DNA of 64,000 nucleotides from Minisyncoccota bacterium (GCA_036517395.1 DATDWN010000013.1:2191-66190); one strand, 5' to 3'; counted from the stretch's first letter, positions 47,341 through 57,421 are shown. A program made the numbers and translations. The notes: generated from the sequence alone by a model not told the origin.

Positions 47341-47622
47341 ATGCCTATGTCACCAGAGGAAAGAGAACTTTTACAGAAAAGCGTTGCCTTAGCCGAGGAA
47401 AACAATAATATTCTTCGTTCGATAAAGCGGGGGATGCGATGGGCAAGGATTATGAGTTACATATACTGGTTCTTTATTATCGGGTCGGCAGTTGGGGCTT
47501 ACTATATAATCCAGCCATACCTAGAGCAGCTTATGTATGCATACAGCGGAGCAAAAAGTTCCATCGGTGACGGAAGCGGTTTCCAAGCCGTACTTAATAG
47601 TTTGAAACAGGTTAGTAAATAA
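47341..47622 (+). CDS. Hypothetical small membrane protein
   Basis: ORF lying between two tRNA genes, with one TM helix. Confidence 0.3.
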   Translation: MPMSPEERELLQKSVALAEENNNILRSIKRGMRWARIMSYIYWFFIIGSAVGAYYIIQPYLEQLMYAYSGAKSSIGDGSGFQAVLNSLKQVSK

Positions 47623-47626
47623 ACAT

Positions 47627-47703
47627 GCCGAGGTAGCTCAGTTGGTAGTAGCGCTTCCCTGAAGAGGAAGATGTCGCCAGTTCGACTCTGGCCCTCGGCA
47701 CCA
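47627..47703 (+). tRNA. tRNA-Phe (anticodon GAA), CCA encoded
   Basis: Acceptor gccgagg/cctcggc, anticodon stem cttcc/ggaag with loop ctGAAga, T-arm gccag-ttcgact-ctggc. Confidence 0.75.
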
Positions 47704-47711
47704 AAATAGGT

Positions 47712-48182
47712 TTATCCCTTTACCCTAAGTTTCGTCTGTCTATTTTTATCAATTTTTGGCAATCGTAAAATAAGAAGGCCGTGTTTTTCTATGGCGTCCG
47801 CCTCATCAACCTGTACTTCGGCAGGAAGCATAATAGTTCGTGAAAATGTGCCCCAGTAGAGTTCTTGGTGGAAATAGTCCTCATCTTTGACAAATCTTTC
47901 CGTCTCGCGTTTGCCTTTTATCGTGACCATGTCGCGGGTGATAGATATGTCGAGGTCTTCAGGCTTTACTCCGGCCACCATGCTTTTTATAACTATTTCC
48001 GTCGGTGTTTGGTAGAGGTCAACTGTAAGCTCTCCATCCTCGCTTTCATCATCAAACCAAGCCTCGCCATTGTTGTCTCCCCTGATGGGTATTTTTTTGC
48101 TACTAACAATTTCCGACTCAGCTTCTTCGTCCATTTTCATACTGCCGGTTAGTTTTTCAAAAAATGATCTATTGTCTTTCAT
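47712..48182 (-). CDS. Hsp20/alpha-crystallin family small heat-shock protein
   Basis: Alpha-crystallin domain pattern …GELTVDLYQTPTEIVIK…LPKIDK. Confidence 0.6.
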   Translation of the reverse strand: MKDNRSFFEKLTGSMKMDEEAESEIVSSKKIPIRGDNNGEAWFDDESEDGELTVDLYQTPTEIVIKSMVAGVKPEDLDISITRDMVTIKGKRETERFVKDEDYFHQELYWGTFSRTIMLPAEVQVDEADAIEKHGLLILRLPKIDKNRQTKLRVKG

Positions 48183-48882
48183 AAGTGTTTTGATTTATAT
48201 TTTTTATTTTTTCAAACATTAAAAGTATGGCTACAATTCCGACCCAGACCACACCAAATGTAAGAAAAATGTTTTTTTCTGCACTGTTAATTATAAGTAA
48301 ATTGAAGCCAGTATGCAACACGATAGCAACGATAACTCCAGCAATAGTGTAAAATACTTTATCAACATGCGATTTATAGAAAGCTAGAGCCATATATACA
48401 CCTATGGTGGCGGACGACATGATGTGGAGAAGTGACGCACCTACAAATCGCAGGTTTCCAGAGACGATGGTGTCAACCAGATTTCCGGCGTGAATTGATG
48501 GTATGAGAAAGAGTGCATTTTCAAAGGTGACAAAACCGAGGGCCGACACTATGAGGTAAATCATGTCGTCTACTGGCTCATCCGCCACTTTTTTGTTTCG
48601 TAGGGCGATAAAATATACAAATGCAAACTTAGCGGTCTCTTCTATGGTTGCCCACAGGATAAATGACAACAAATGCGGGTCTGGTTGATAGTTATAAACA
48701 AGCTTTTCGAGCGGTAAAACTACTAGGACCGCTAACATACCACCGAGGAAAGATAGAGTAATCATTTTTGCCGGTTCTGGGTGGCTATCTTCTTTCAGCC
48801 AGAACCACATCCATATCAGGGCTGGAATAAGCCCAAGAATAAAAGCTAGGATGAAAGGATAGTTTTGAAGGAAAGATAGCAT
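48169..48882 (-). CDS. PrsW-family intramembrane metalloprotease
   Basis: Conserved EExxK (WATIEETAKF) and FxxxH (…HIMSSA…) motifs. Confidence 0.5.
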   Translation of the reverse strand: MLSFLQNYPFILAFILGLIPALIWMWFWLKEDSHPEPAKMITLSFLGGMLAVLVVLPLEKLVYNYQPDPHLLSFILWATIEETAKFAFVYFIALRNKKVADEPVDDMIYLIVSALGFVTFENALFLIPSIHAGNLVDTIVSGNLRFVGASLLHIMSSATIGVYMALAFYKSHVDKVFYTIAGVIVAIVLHTGFNLLIINSAEKNIFLTFGVVWVGIVAILLMFEKIKNINQNTYERQ

Positions 48883-48940
48883 AATTTTTAATTTAAACTT
48901 TAAAATTTAGACTTAATTTTAAATTATTAAATTCTAAATT

Positions 48941-51100
48941 TTAAATTGTTGGCTCAGGCCACTCTTCGATCATGAGAAGAGTTTTCTTATCCATATTTTG
49001 CCAAATTTCTTCCGTGATAAATGGCATGAATGGATGTAAAGCTCTGAGAGTAGCGTCTAGGGTCTGAAGTAAAAATTGCTTACGTCGACTCTTCTCTTCC
49101 TCCGTGCCTCTTTGGAAGATTGTTTTGCTTTCTTCTATTATTTTATCCGCGAGAGTGTGCCAGACATAATGATACAATTTTTCGGCGGCAAGATAAAAAC
49201 GAAAATTGTCCATATCTTTTGTAACATCCTCAAGCACGGCTCGTCTTTCGGCTCTGAGTGTTTCGTCAAATTCGTTCCTCTCCGGAAAACCATTTTCCAT
49301 ACTTTCCCCCTCTGTATTTTCCAGGATAAACCTCGTAATGTTCCAGATTTTATTGGCGAAGTTTTTATAGGCCTTAATTTTGTCTTCTGAGAGGGCGAGT
49401 GAAGTTCCTGGTGTATTTCCTATAACCAGTGCCATACGCAGAGCATCTGTACCAAATTTCTCCGTGAGTATCATAGGATCGATAACATTTCCCTTGCTTT
49501 TGCTCATCTTTAGTCCTTTGCCATCTAAAACAAGCCCATGAAGATAAACGTTTTTGAATGGCACCTTCCCCGTGATATACAGTCCGAGCATAATCATGCG
49601 TGTCACCCAGAAGAAAATAATTTCTCCAGCCGTTTCCATGACATCCGTTGGATAAAAAGTTTTGAAGTCTTCGTGATCTGGAAACCCCAGTGTTGCAAAA
49701 GGCCATTGTCCTGATGAAAACCATGTATCAAATGTGTCATTGTCTTGGGCCACCCCTCCTCCACATTTGTCGCATTTCGATATTTTATTTTCCAAATCTA
49801 CCATACCGTGACTGCACTGGGTGCATATTTTAGCTGGAATAGGAATGCCCCAGACTATTTGCCTAGATATATTCCAATCCATAATATTTTGTAGCCAGTG
49901 AGTGGTTATTTTCTTATAGTGATCTGGTATATATACGATCTCATCATTCTCTATTTTTTCCAATGCTTTCTCCGCCAGTGGCTTCATTTTTACAAACCAC
50001 TGACTTTTTATCTGGGGCTCAATGATTGTTCCGCATTTATAGCAGGTTCGGACAACGTGCTTGTAGTTCTCGTCTATCTTTTCCACTAAACCTTTTTTTT
50101 GCAATTTTTCTAGTATCAAAGGTCTAGCTTTTTTGATGTGCTGACCAGCAAACTCTCCGGCAATGGGTAACAGTTTACCCTGTTCATCTATTATCTGCTC
50201 CTTGTCTAGATGATGTCTCTCGGCTATTTCAAAGTCAGCCGTGTCGTGCCAAGGAGTGATAGTCATAACTCCAGTACCGAACTCCATATCAACAGCCGAG
50301 TCTTTTATAATGGTCGCCTCAACAGGCCCATTTATCCATTCGAGGTTTATTTTTTGGCCATCTTTATAATCAGCGTATCTTTTATCGTCAGGATGCATGA
50401 CCACATATTTATCGCCAAATTTTGTTTCAGGTCTGGAAGTGGCTATAGTGAAAGGTCCGTATTTGAGGTAGTAGAAACTATCAGTTCGTTCCTCGTCTTT
50501 GATTTCTAGATCAGAAAAAGAGGTTTGATGTTTTGTACACCACGAGACAATTCTCGATCCTCTATATACCAAATCATCGTCATACAGTTTTTTGAATGTT
50601 TGATAAACGGTTTGTATGATGTCTGGATCAAGTGTAAATTTTTCTCGAGACCAGTCACATGACGCCCCCATTTTCCTTATTTGCGATTTTATGTTACGAG
50701 AATTGTTTAGTGTGAAGTCCAGTATCTCTTTGTAAAGTTGTTTTGGTTCGATTTCAAATCTAGTTCGACCTTCTTTCTCTAGTTGTTTTTCGTACACAAC
50801 TTGGGTTTCAAATCCCGCATGGTCTAGACCGGGGAGCCATAGAGTTTTGAATCCTTGCATCCTTTTATATCGAATCATTATGTCCTCTATAGTCATAACA
50901 AGTCCATGACCGGCATGAAGTGAGCCGTTGGCATTTGTCGGTGGCATTATTAGTGTAAAGGGTTTAGCATTAGGGTCAGTATTCTTGTCGGGATTGAAAA
51001 AACCGCTTTCCTCCCAGATTTTGTAGATCCTTTCCTCTGTTTCTTGGGGCTTATATGGGGATAAGAAAATTTCCTTCATCCCGTTAGAGTTTTTGATCAT
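48941..51100 (-). CDS. valS: Valine--tRNA ligase (short form without the C-terminal coiled coil)
   Basis: PFTLIMPPTNANGSLHAGHGL (HIGH region, ValRS type) and KMSKSKGNVIDP. Confidence 0.75.
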   Translation of the reverse strand: MIKNSNGMKEIFLSPYKPQETEERIYKIWEESGFFNPDKNTDPNAKPFTLIMPPTNANGSLHAGHGLVMTIEDIMIRYKRMQGFKTLWLPGLDHAGFETQVVYEKQLEKEGRTRFEIEPKQLYKEILDFTLNNSRNIKSQIRKMGASCDWSREKFTLDPDIIQTVYQTFKKLYDDDLVYRGSRIVSWCTKHQTSFSDLEIKDEERTDSFYYLKYGPFTIATSRPETKFGDKYVVMHPDDKRYADYKDGQKINLEWINGPVEATIIKDSAVDMEFGTGVMTITPWHDTADFEIAERHHLDKEQIIDEQGKLLPIAGEFAGQHIKKARPLILEKLQKKGLVEKIDENYKHVVRTCYKCGTIIEPQIKSQWFVKMKPLAEKALEKIENDEIVYIPDHYKKITTHWLQNIMDWNISRQIVWGIPIPAKICTQCSHGMVDLENKISKCDKCGGGVAQDNDTFDTWFSSGQWPFATLGFPDHEDFKTFYPTDVMETAGEIIFFWVTRMIMLGLYITGKVPFKNVYLHGLVLDGKGLKMSKSKGNVIDPMILTEKFGTDALRMALVIGNTPGTSLALSEDKIKAYKNFANKIWNITRFILENTEGESMENGFPERNEFDETLRAERRAVLEDVTKDMDNFRFYLAAEKLYHYVWHTLADKIIEESKTIFQRGTEEEKSRRKQFLLQTLDATLRALHPFMPFITEEIWQNMDKKTLLMIEEWPEPTI

Positions 51101-51480
51101 TTATTTGAAGTTAAATTTACTTGTGCAAGAATAATGTATTTTATCCACAGGCGTTAGGAAGTAAAACTCTAACGGGATTCATTTCTTTATATTATCACAC
51201 CCAAACTTTGTGAGGTAGTTGTTGACAGTAGCAATAATTTGACAAAACAAAGTATCTTAAGGACATGTCTTTTATATACTACATATTATGTCCTTGATAA
51301 TTACTTCCCGAAATAGACATGTTTTGTAGGCTATAAATTTTATATAAAAAACTTTTTTTGATGTAAAGGACATGAATCTAAAGAATGGCTATAAACAAGG
51401 ATATTTCTGATATTAGTATTTTCCTCGACTATTGACACTTTTGTAATCGAAGTGTATCCTTTTCGGCATAATAAATATCT

Positions 51481-54400
51481 ATGAAAACAGGCGTAAATAA
51501 ATTAATACACATGAAGCATTTAGCTTTATTTACAGCCATATTCATGGCCACTTTTTTTGGTTTGGTGATTACCACAACCCACGCATTTAATGATCCACCC
51601 AATTTGAGAGCGAATGTAGTTTTCTCGTTTGAAGAGGTAAGTGGATACAACCCTAATTTAACCATACCACAGCAGGGTAATAAAATTATTCATTATGTTG
51701 TCCATGCCAATAACCTTGGACCGGGCTCAGTTACAGTTAAAAAAGAGGGATCAACGAATCCAATTTCTGGTTGGCAGGCTACTGGAGAGGGTAATGCTGA
51801 AGAGCTTGTAACCGTCGGCGGCAAAACGGTTTACCAAGAAGGAGAGTCTGGCGTTACGGATTTTTACTATGATACTGCCCAAAGAAGTTGTGGAAGAGTA
51901 CAAATTGATATCGGATTTAAAGATACAGAAAATACTGCAGATAGATTAGCTGGTGATCAAATGGTTACTGGTATTGTAATTAATTATGGTGTTGATTGTA
52001 GCACCCTTCCCCAAGGATATCTGGATGGTGCAAGCTGTACTCATATTGGTGGTTGGTCTATAGATTTTGATACACCAAATTCTTTTGTTAATATTGAAAT
52101 ATACAGAAATGGTCCATTTGGAACTGGAACATTATCTACAACAACATCAGCATATCACTTTCGTTCAGATATTAATTCCATCTACAATTTAGGTAATCAT
52201 GCTTTTGGCATTACTACCCCATCAGATTTTCTAGATGGTAATTCTCACAGCGTCTATGCCTATGGCATTGATACACAAACTGGTGCACGTGTGCTTCTAA
52301 GCCCATCATCTACGACAACACCTCTAGTAATATCTTGTCCAAACACTCCAGTTTCTCCAACAGTAGATCTCAAGGCTAACGGTTCAGATGGACCAATCAC
52401 TATTCCATCTGGCACTTCTGCTACACTAAGCTGGATATCTCAAAATGCTACATCATGTGCTCTATTCATTAACAACATCAATACTGGTTGGACAGGGACA
52501 TCACAATCAGACGTACAGACAGGTAACATCACTATCGCAACGAGCACCTACCGTGTTGATTGTACTGGTTCAGGTGGTAATGCTTCTGATACTGTGGTTA
52601 TTTATACTCAGACTTCTCCTGCCGCATCTGCTAATCTTTCTGTTTTAAAGACAGCAGACAAGGCTACAGCAAATGTCCTTGACACTCTGACATACACAAT
52701 CATCGTAGCAAACGCTGGCCCAGACAATGCTACAGGAGCATTCGTTACAGATATTTTATCTAATAAACTAAACTTTGTTTCAGCTTCATCTTCTGTGGGG
52801 AGTTTTTCTACTACAACAGGACAGTGGACGATAGGTAATTTAAATAATAATTCTTCTGCAACATTAACCATAGTTTCAACAATCAAGGCTGGAAATGAAG
52901 GACAGGTGATTACAAATACAGCCACTACCACAGCTAATCAAAACGATTCTAACACAGGTGATAACACTTCTACTGTAACAACTACGGTTAATGGTATTCC
53001 AGTAAATGGCAAGATAACTTTCTGTTTGATTCTTTCCGATATAAATAATGTTATTGCCACTACGTCTTCTGATTTACCAGCTGGTATTTTCTCTCTAGAT
53101 CTAAATACATCAACAACTTCAGGTAGTACGGTTCAGACAAAAACATGGAATACACCTACATTTTCACCAAACAAAAAAATAATTCTAGGAGTAAATGATG
53201 CTGATTGTGTAACGTTCAGTAATCTTCCACTCGGCACTTATTATTATTCACAAATGACAGTAAACGGAGCGCTTTGGCTTGTACCTAGATACAATGATCA
53301 AAATACATCATCTGTAAATAATATTTTTGATTTCTTCATATATAGTCCTGAGCTTTTCAATGCTAGTAGCACAGATGATGCCGGTAGAAACTTGAATTCA
53401 GACGGTCAAATTATATTAGCAGCGGGGGACATGGACAAAACTTTAGTTGTCCTTGAGAAAGATGACCCAGGCACTTCATGTCCGGCGCCGCAAATAACAT
53501 CTCTGCTTAGCGCAAGTGGTGTCGTGGGTTCTCCATTTACTTATACATTTACAGCGTCATCAACGACTGCAGTGACTTACTCTGCTAGTGGTCTTCCTCC
53601 AGGATTAACTTTCTCTACCACAACTCACATTATCACGGGAACGCCTACTACTGTCGGCACGTATAATGTGTCACTGGGCGCTGTCAACACCTGTATAGGT
53701 GGTATAGACATAAAGACATTGGTTATTACTATCACCACTCCGGGTGGAGGTGGTTCGCCAAACGCTAATCTGATTGTCTCAAAGACAGTAGACAAAGCTT
53801 CAGCTAATGTCCTTGATACTCTTACATACACAATCACCCTCAAAAATAATGGTCCAGACGCGGCTACAGGCGTAATTATCACGGACATTTTGTCTGGTAA
53901 GTTAGAATTTGTTTCTGCAACTTCTACTCTGGGAAGCTATGCCACAAGTACGGGCATATGGAGCGTGGGGAATTTGGCTAACGGCGCTTCAGCTACCACA
54001 ACTATTGTGGCTAAAATAAAGGCTGGTAACGAAGGTCAAACAATAGCCAACAGCGCTGTTGGTTCTGCCACACAGGCCGACTCTAATCCTAATGACAATA
54101 CGTCTAGCGTAAGTACCAGCGTAAATACTCCAGGTTGTACATCAAACTGTGGCGGTGGTGGTTGTGCCAGCAATTGTGGAGGGGGTGGATACAGCCCGAA
54201 CTCGAACTTGGCAATCTCAAAGACATCTGACAAATCGACTGCAAAAGTTGGTGACAACATAACGTTCTTGATTACGGTAATAAACAATGGTCCAGACAAT
54301 GCCACTGCGGTTAACGTAAACGAAGCTATTCCCGCAGGATTAAACTTTGTTTCAGCTACAACTACGAAGGGTACATATGTTCCGGCTACAGGTCTATGGG

Positions 54401-55284
54401 TCATTGGTGATTTGAATACATCTTCATCCACTACCCTCATTATCCGTGGTACTGTAAAGGACGGTTATCAAGGACAAACTATAAGCAATATGGTTACAGT
54501 CTACGCTTCACAAAATGATCCTGTGCCTAGTAATAACACGGCAAGAGTGGATGTGCCTGTAACGGGAACAACCACAGCGACAACACCAACAGTGCCGAAC
54601 GGCTGTTACTACCTACTTGATTATCTTAGAGCAGATTTTAATAACAATCCGGTTGAAGTAAGGAAGCTTCAAGTTTTCCTTCGTGATTTGGAAGGATTCA
54701 GTACCGTTCAAATAACTGGCGTGTATGATGATCAGACCATTGTGGCTTTGGACGCATTCCAATCAAGATACGCATCTGATATTCTCACACCATGGGGACA
54801 CACAGCTCCTACTTCTTACACATATATTTTGACTAAGAAAAAAGTAAACGAGATTTATTGTAAAATAGCTTTCCCTGTAAACGCCCAACAGCAAATAGAA
54901 ATAGACACATACAGAAACTTCCTACTTGGTTTGAGAAACGCTGGAATTATTCCACCGACGACTTCAGAAAATAATGTAAGCAACACATCAAACAATACCA
55001 ACGAAACAACGACACCAAGTGTTCTTCTAAATAACCAAGTCGGTATAGGGACTACTACACCCGTTACGCTGGTTAGCGCAACTACAACACCTGGTATAGT
55101 CTCACGATTTACGGCAAACGTGGTGTTTGCATGGGACAAAATAACTGGCGGACTTGATTGGTGTGGTTGGTTGAATATTCTACTTCTTATAATAATTGGC
55201 ATTATTTCCTACCTATGGTATAGAGAATGGGACAGGAATAGAAAAATTGAGGCTATCAACAAAGAAATCGATCTAAACAAATAA
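51481..55284 (+). CDS. Very large secreted/cell-surface protein with a signal peptide, three DUF11 repeats, a putative Ig-like domain, a peptidoglycan-binding domain and a C-terminal TM anchor
   Basis: Repeated LDTLTYTI…NNGPD…ATG…VTDIL blocks. GLPPGLTFS…ITGTP (putative Ig). LRADFNNNPVEVRKLQVFL (PG_binding_1-like). Confidence 0.6.
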   Translation: MKTGVNKLIHMKHLALFTAIFMATFFGLVITTTHAFNDPPNLRANVVFSFEEVSGYNPNLTIPQQGNKIIHYVVHANNLGPGSVTVKKEGSTNPISGWQATGEGNAEELVTVGGKTVYQEGESGVTDFYYDTAQRSCGRVQIDIGFKDTENTADRLAGDQMVTGIVINYGVDCSTLPQGYLDGASCTHIGGWSIDFDTPNSFVNIEIYRNGPFGTGTLSTTTSAYHFRSDINSIYNLGNHAFGITTPSDFLDGNSHSVYAYGIDTQTGARVLLSPSSTTTPLVISCPNTPVSPTVDLKANGSDGPITIPSGTSATLSWISQNATSCALFINNINTGWTGTSQSDVQTGNITIATSTYRVDCTGSGGNASDTVVIYTQTSPAASANLSVLKTADKATANVLDTLTYTIIVANAGPDNATGAFVTDILSNKLNFVSASSSVGSFSTTTGQWTIGNLNNNSSATLTIVSTIKAGNEGQVITNTATTTANQNDSNTGDNTSTVTTTVNGIPVNGKITFCLILSDINNVIATTSSDLPAGIFSLDLNTSTTSGSTVQTKTWNTPTFSPNKKIILGVNDADCVTFSNLPLGTYYYSQMTVNGALWLVPRYNDQNTSSVNNIFDFFIYSPELFNASSTDDAGRNLNSDGQIILAAGDMDKTLVVLEKDDPGTSCPAPQITSLLSASGVVGSPFTYTFTASSTTAVTYSASGLPPGLTFSTTTHIITGTPTTVGTYNVSLGAVNTCIGGIDIKTLVITITTPGGGGSPNANLIVSKTVDKASANVLDTLTYTITLKNNGPDAATGVIITDILSGKLEFVSATSTLGSYATSTGIWSVGNLANGASATTTIVAKIKAGNEGQTIANSAVGSATQADSNPNDNTSSVSTSVNTPGCTSNCGGGGCASNCGGGGYSPNSNLAISKTSDKSTAKVGDNITFLITVINNGPDNATAVNVNEAIPAGLNFVSATTTKGTYVPATGLWVIGDLNTSSSTTLIIRGTVKDGYQGQTISNMVTVYASQNDPVPSNNTARVDVPVTGTTTATTPTVPNGCYYLLDYLRADFNNNPVEVRKLQVFLRDLEGFSTVQITGVYDDQTIVALDAFQSRYASDILTPWGHTAPTSYTYILTKKKVNEIYCKIAFPVNAQQQIEIDTYRNFLLGLRNAGIIPPTTSENNVSNTSNNTNETTTPSVLLNNQVGIGTTTPVTLVSATTTPGIVSRFTANVVFAWDKITGGLDWCGWLNILLLIIIGIISYLWYREWDRNRKIEAINKEIDLNK

Positions 55285-55368
55285 AAGAAAGAAGCCACAT
55301 TGTGTGGCCCCTTTCTTTTGTGTACTTCCAATACTATATACTAGCATACTGTGCTTTTTATTTCAACC

Positions 55369-55394
55369 ACGTAGTAGAGCATAGCTCACTACAT
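55369..55394. repeat. Family-3-related hairpin (gtagtagagc-ATA-gctcactac) overlapping the tsaD stop codon
   Basis: The arms are the same as at 40788-40815, where the loop is GAA. Confidence 0.5.
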
Positions 55395-56615
55395 GGCTAG
55401 TTTTAGGTTACCACTAGCGATTATTTTTGTCTGTTTGTCCAGTATTTTAGGGTTTAGTATTACGTTTAAATATGTTGCGGCCGCTATCATGAGCGAGTTA
55501 TCTGTGGCTAGAGAGTTGGTGGGTATTTTTAATATTAAATCCGAGAATTTGTCCGCAAGTTTAGTAAAGGCTTGTCTGATTTTTTTATTTGCTATCACAC
55601 CGCCTGCTACGATGAGTGTTTTTGCTCCTGTTCTTTCCAATGCCTCATTTGTTTTCTTCAGTAGCACATCTACAACGGCATCCTCAAACTCTCTGGCCAG
55701 ATCAGCTTTCTCATCTATCGTCATCTTGCTATGATCCTTGCTGAATTTATCTCGAATATAATAAAGCACAGCAGTTTTCAGTCCGGAAAAAGAAAAATTG
55801 CTATCACCGGAGTGTATCATTGGTCTGGGAAGTCTGGCTATGTTTGGAAGGTTGTTTTCTCTGGCGAATTCTGCCAATCGTGATATCTCAGGGCCGCCGG
55901 GGTAGGGAAGACCCATCATTCTAGCCACTTTATCAAAAGCTTCGCCCACCGCGTCATCAAGAGTTTGCCCCATTACTTCATATTCTCCCCACCCCTTCAT
56001 ACTGACTAGCTCAGTATGTCCACCAGAAATAAGTAGTGCTAAAGCGGGGAACCGTATTGTATTGGTTTTTTTTGAAAATTGAAAATTGAAAATTGAAAAT
56101 TCTTCTGTTTTGCAAATCAAAACAGAAGCGATATGTCCTTCCATATGATTTATTGGCACAACAGGAATGTCCCATAGTTTACCCAAAGCTTCCGCGCAAC
56201 TTATACCCACCCACAGAGCGGGGGCAAGTCCAGGACCCGATGTCACTCCAATCACATCTATCTTCGGCTTTTCTATGTTTTTTAAAGCAGATATTAGCCC
56301 TTCAAACAACCCATCCTCTCTAGAAACAATATATTTTATTTCTTGCCACTTCTCCTCGCCGTAGCTCGGCGAAGTCGGATTTTCAGCATACATCTCCGCT
56401 TGCTTCAATACGTTCATAAGAAGTGGAGGCAGGTTTTTGCCATGCTCTCTTTTTGCAAGCATCGGATAGACTCCGCCGTATTCTCTGTGTGTGTTTACTT
56501 GTGAGAAAAGAGAATTCCCGAGTATTTTGAAAACAGGGGATTCTGTTCCACCCTCTGCTTCTACAATACTAACAGCCGTTTCATCGCAACTCGTTTCAAT
56601 CGAAAGTATTTTCAT
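55389..56615 (-). CDS. tsaD: tRNA N6-adenosine threonylcarbamoyltransferase TsaD (Kae1/TsaD family), with an internal insertion containing a (GAAAATT)x4 repeat
   Basis: MKILSIETSCDETAVSIV…, …LISGGHTELV…. Confidence 0.75.
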   Translation of the reverse strand: MKILSIETSCDETAVSIVEAEGGTESPVFKILGNSLFSQVNTHREYGGVYPMLAKREHGKNLPPLLMNVLKQAEMYAENPTSPSYGEEKWQEIKYIVSREDGLFEGLISALKNIEKPKIDVIGVTSGPGLAPALWVGISCAEALGKLWDIPVVPINHMEGHIASVLICKTEEFSIFNFQFSKKTNTIRFPALALLISGGHTELVSMKGWGEYEVMGQTLDDAVGEAFDKVARMMGLPYPGGPEISRLAEFARENNLPNIARLPRPMIHSGDSNFSFSGLKTAVLYYIRDKFSKDHSKMTIDEKADLAREFEDAVVDVLLKKTNEALERTGAKTLIVAGGVIANKKIRQAFTKLADKFSDLILKIPTNSLATDNSLMIAAATYLNVILNPKILDKQTKIIASGNLKLAM

Positions 56616-56654
56616 AATTTTATATACTCAGAAAATTAAACATATCACTTCTCG

Positions 56655-56685
56655 CCCCGTACCGAGCTTTGCTCTGGTACTGGGG
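56655..56685. repeat. Family-3 palindromic hairpin element just upstream of the tsaD start, in opposite orientation
   Basis: ccccgtaccgagctttgctctggtactgggg. Confidence 0.7.
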
Positions 56686-56724
56686 TCATCACAACTTGTC
56701 TCAATGCTTAAGATTTTCATTCCT
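56686..56724 (-). repeat. Diverged duplicate of the tsaD 5' end (encodes MKILSIETSCDD) upstream of the hairpin element
   Basis: atgaaaatcttaagcattgagacaagttgtgatgac matches the tsaD start atgaaaatactttcgattgaaacgagttgcgatgaa. Nearly all differences are synonymous. Confidence 0.6.
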
Positions 56725-56791
56725 TTAACTTAGCAAAAATATTTCCAATTTACCAACAATTTCATATCTTACGATATATCGCAAGATATGA

Positions 56792-57345
56792 TTATAGGCT
56801 GTAGATTATTAATCTTTTTCCACGCCCAGAATTATTTTTAGACAGTTCAATTATCTCTGTTGGTTTCCGATTTTTATCCTCAAAATCACATGAAACAATC
56901 CTTGTGCCGCTTCTACATTTTTTTTCTAAAACAGGCATGAGCTTTTCCATTACCTTTGGGTAAAGATATGTAAATATATGAGTTGCATTAGCGATGTCAG
57001 TTTTGAAAATATCTTCTCTTCTGATTTCTATGTTCTTGTTTTTTCGCGTTTTGAATCGGGCCAGTAGATAGGGGATAAAGGCAATCTCAATGCCGACAGC
57101 TTTTATATTTGGATATTTTTCTACGGCAGATTTCAAAACTCGCCCATCACCACAACCAAGGTCATACAATACGCTGTCTTCGTTTAATTTCAGACTTTCA
57201 ATAATTTTGTCCTCAATTTCTCTAGGTATTGGCACAAATGGTGCGTCCGCTGTGAATATAGAGATAATCTGAGCCAAAAAGAAAAGTAATACGAAAAGCA
57301 AGACAACCAGACAAACACACAAAAGAAAAAAGTTTAAAACCATCA
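56792..57345 (-). CDS. Class I SAM-dependent methyltransferase with an N-terminal TM anchor. The start is trimmed to avoid tRNA-Val.
   Basis: VLYDLGCGDGRVLKSAVEKYPNIKAVGIEI. Confidence 0.5.
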
Positions 57346-57347
57346 TT

Positions 57348-57421
57348 GTGCGCGATGCAAGATTTGAACTTGCCGCCTTCTCAACGTCAATGAGACGCTC
57401 TACCAAATGAGCTAATCGCGC
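57348..57421 (-). tRNA. tRNA-Val (anticodon GAC)
   Basis: Reverse-complement fold: acceptor gcgcgat/atcgcgc, D-arm gctc-atttggta-gagc, anticodon stem tctca/tgaga with loop ttGACgt. The T-loop is one nt longer than canonical by my count. Confidence 0.65.

Noticed and set aside
56491-56733. 80-aa plus-strand ORF upstream of tsaD
   Set aside because: It is composed of the antisense of the tsaD 5' end, the hairpin element and the duplicated tsaD start, so it is a repeat-generated ORF.
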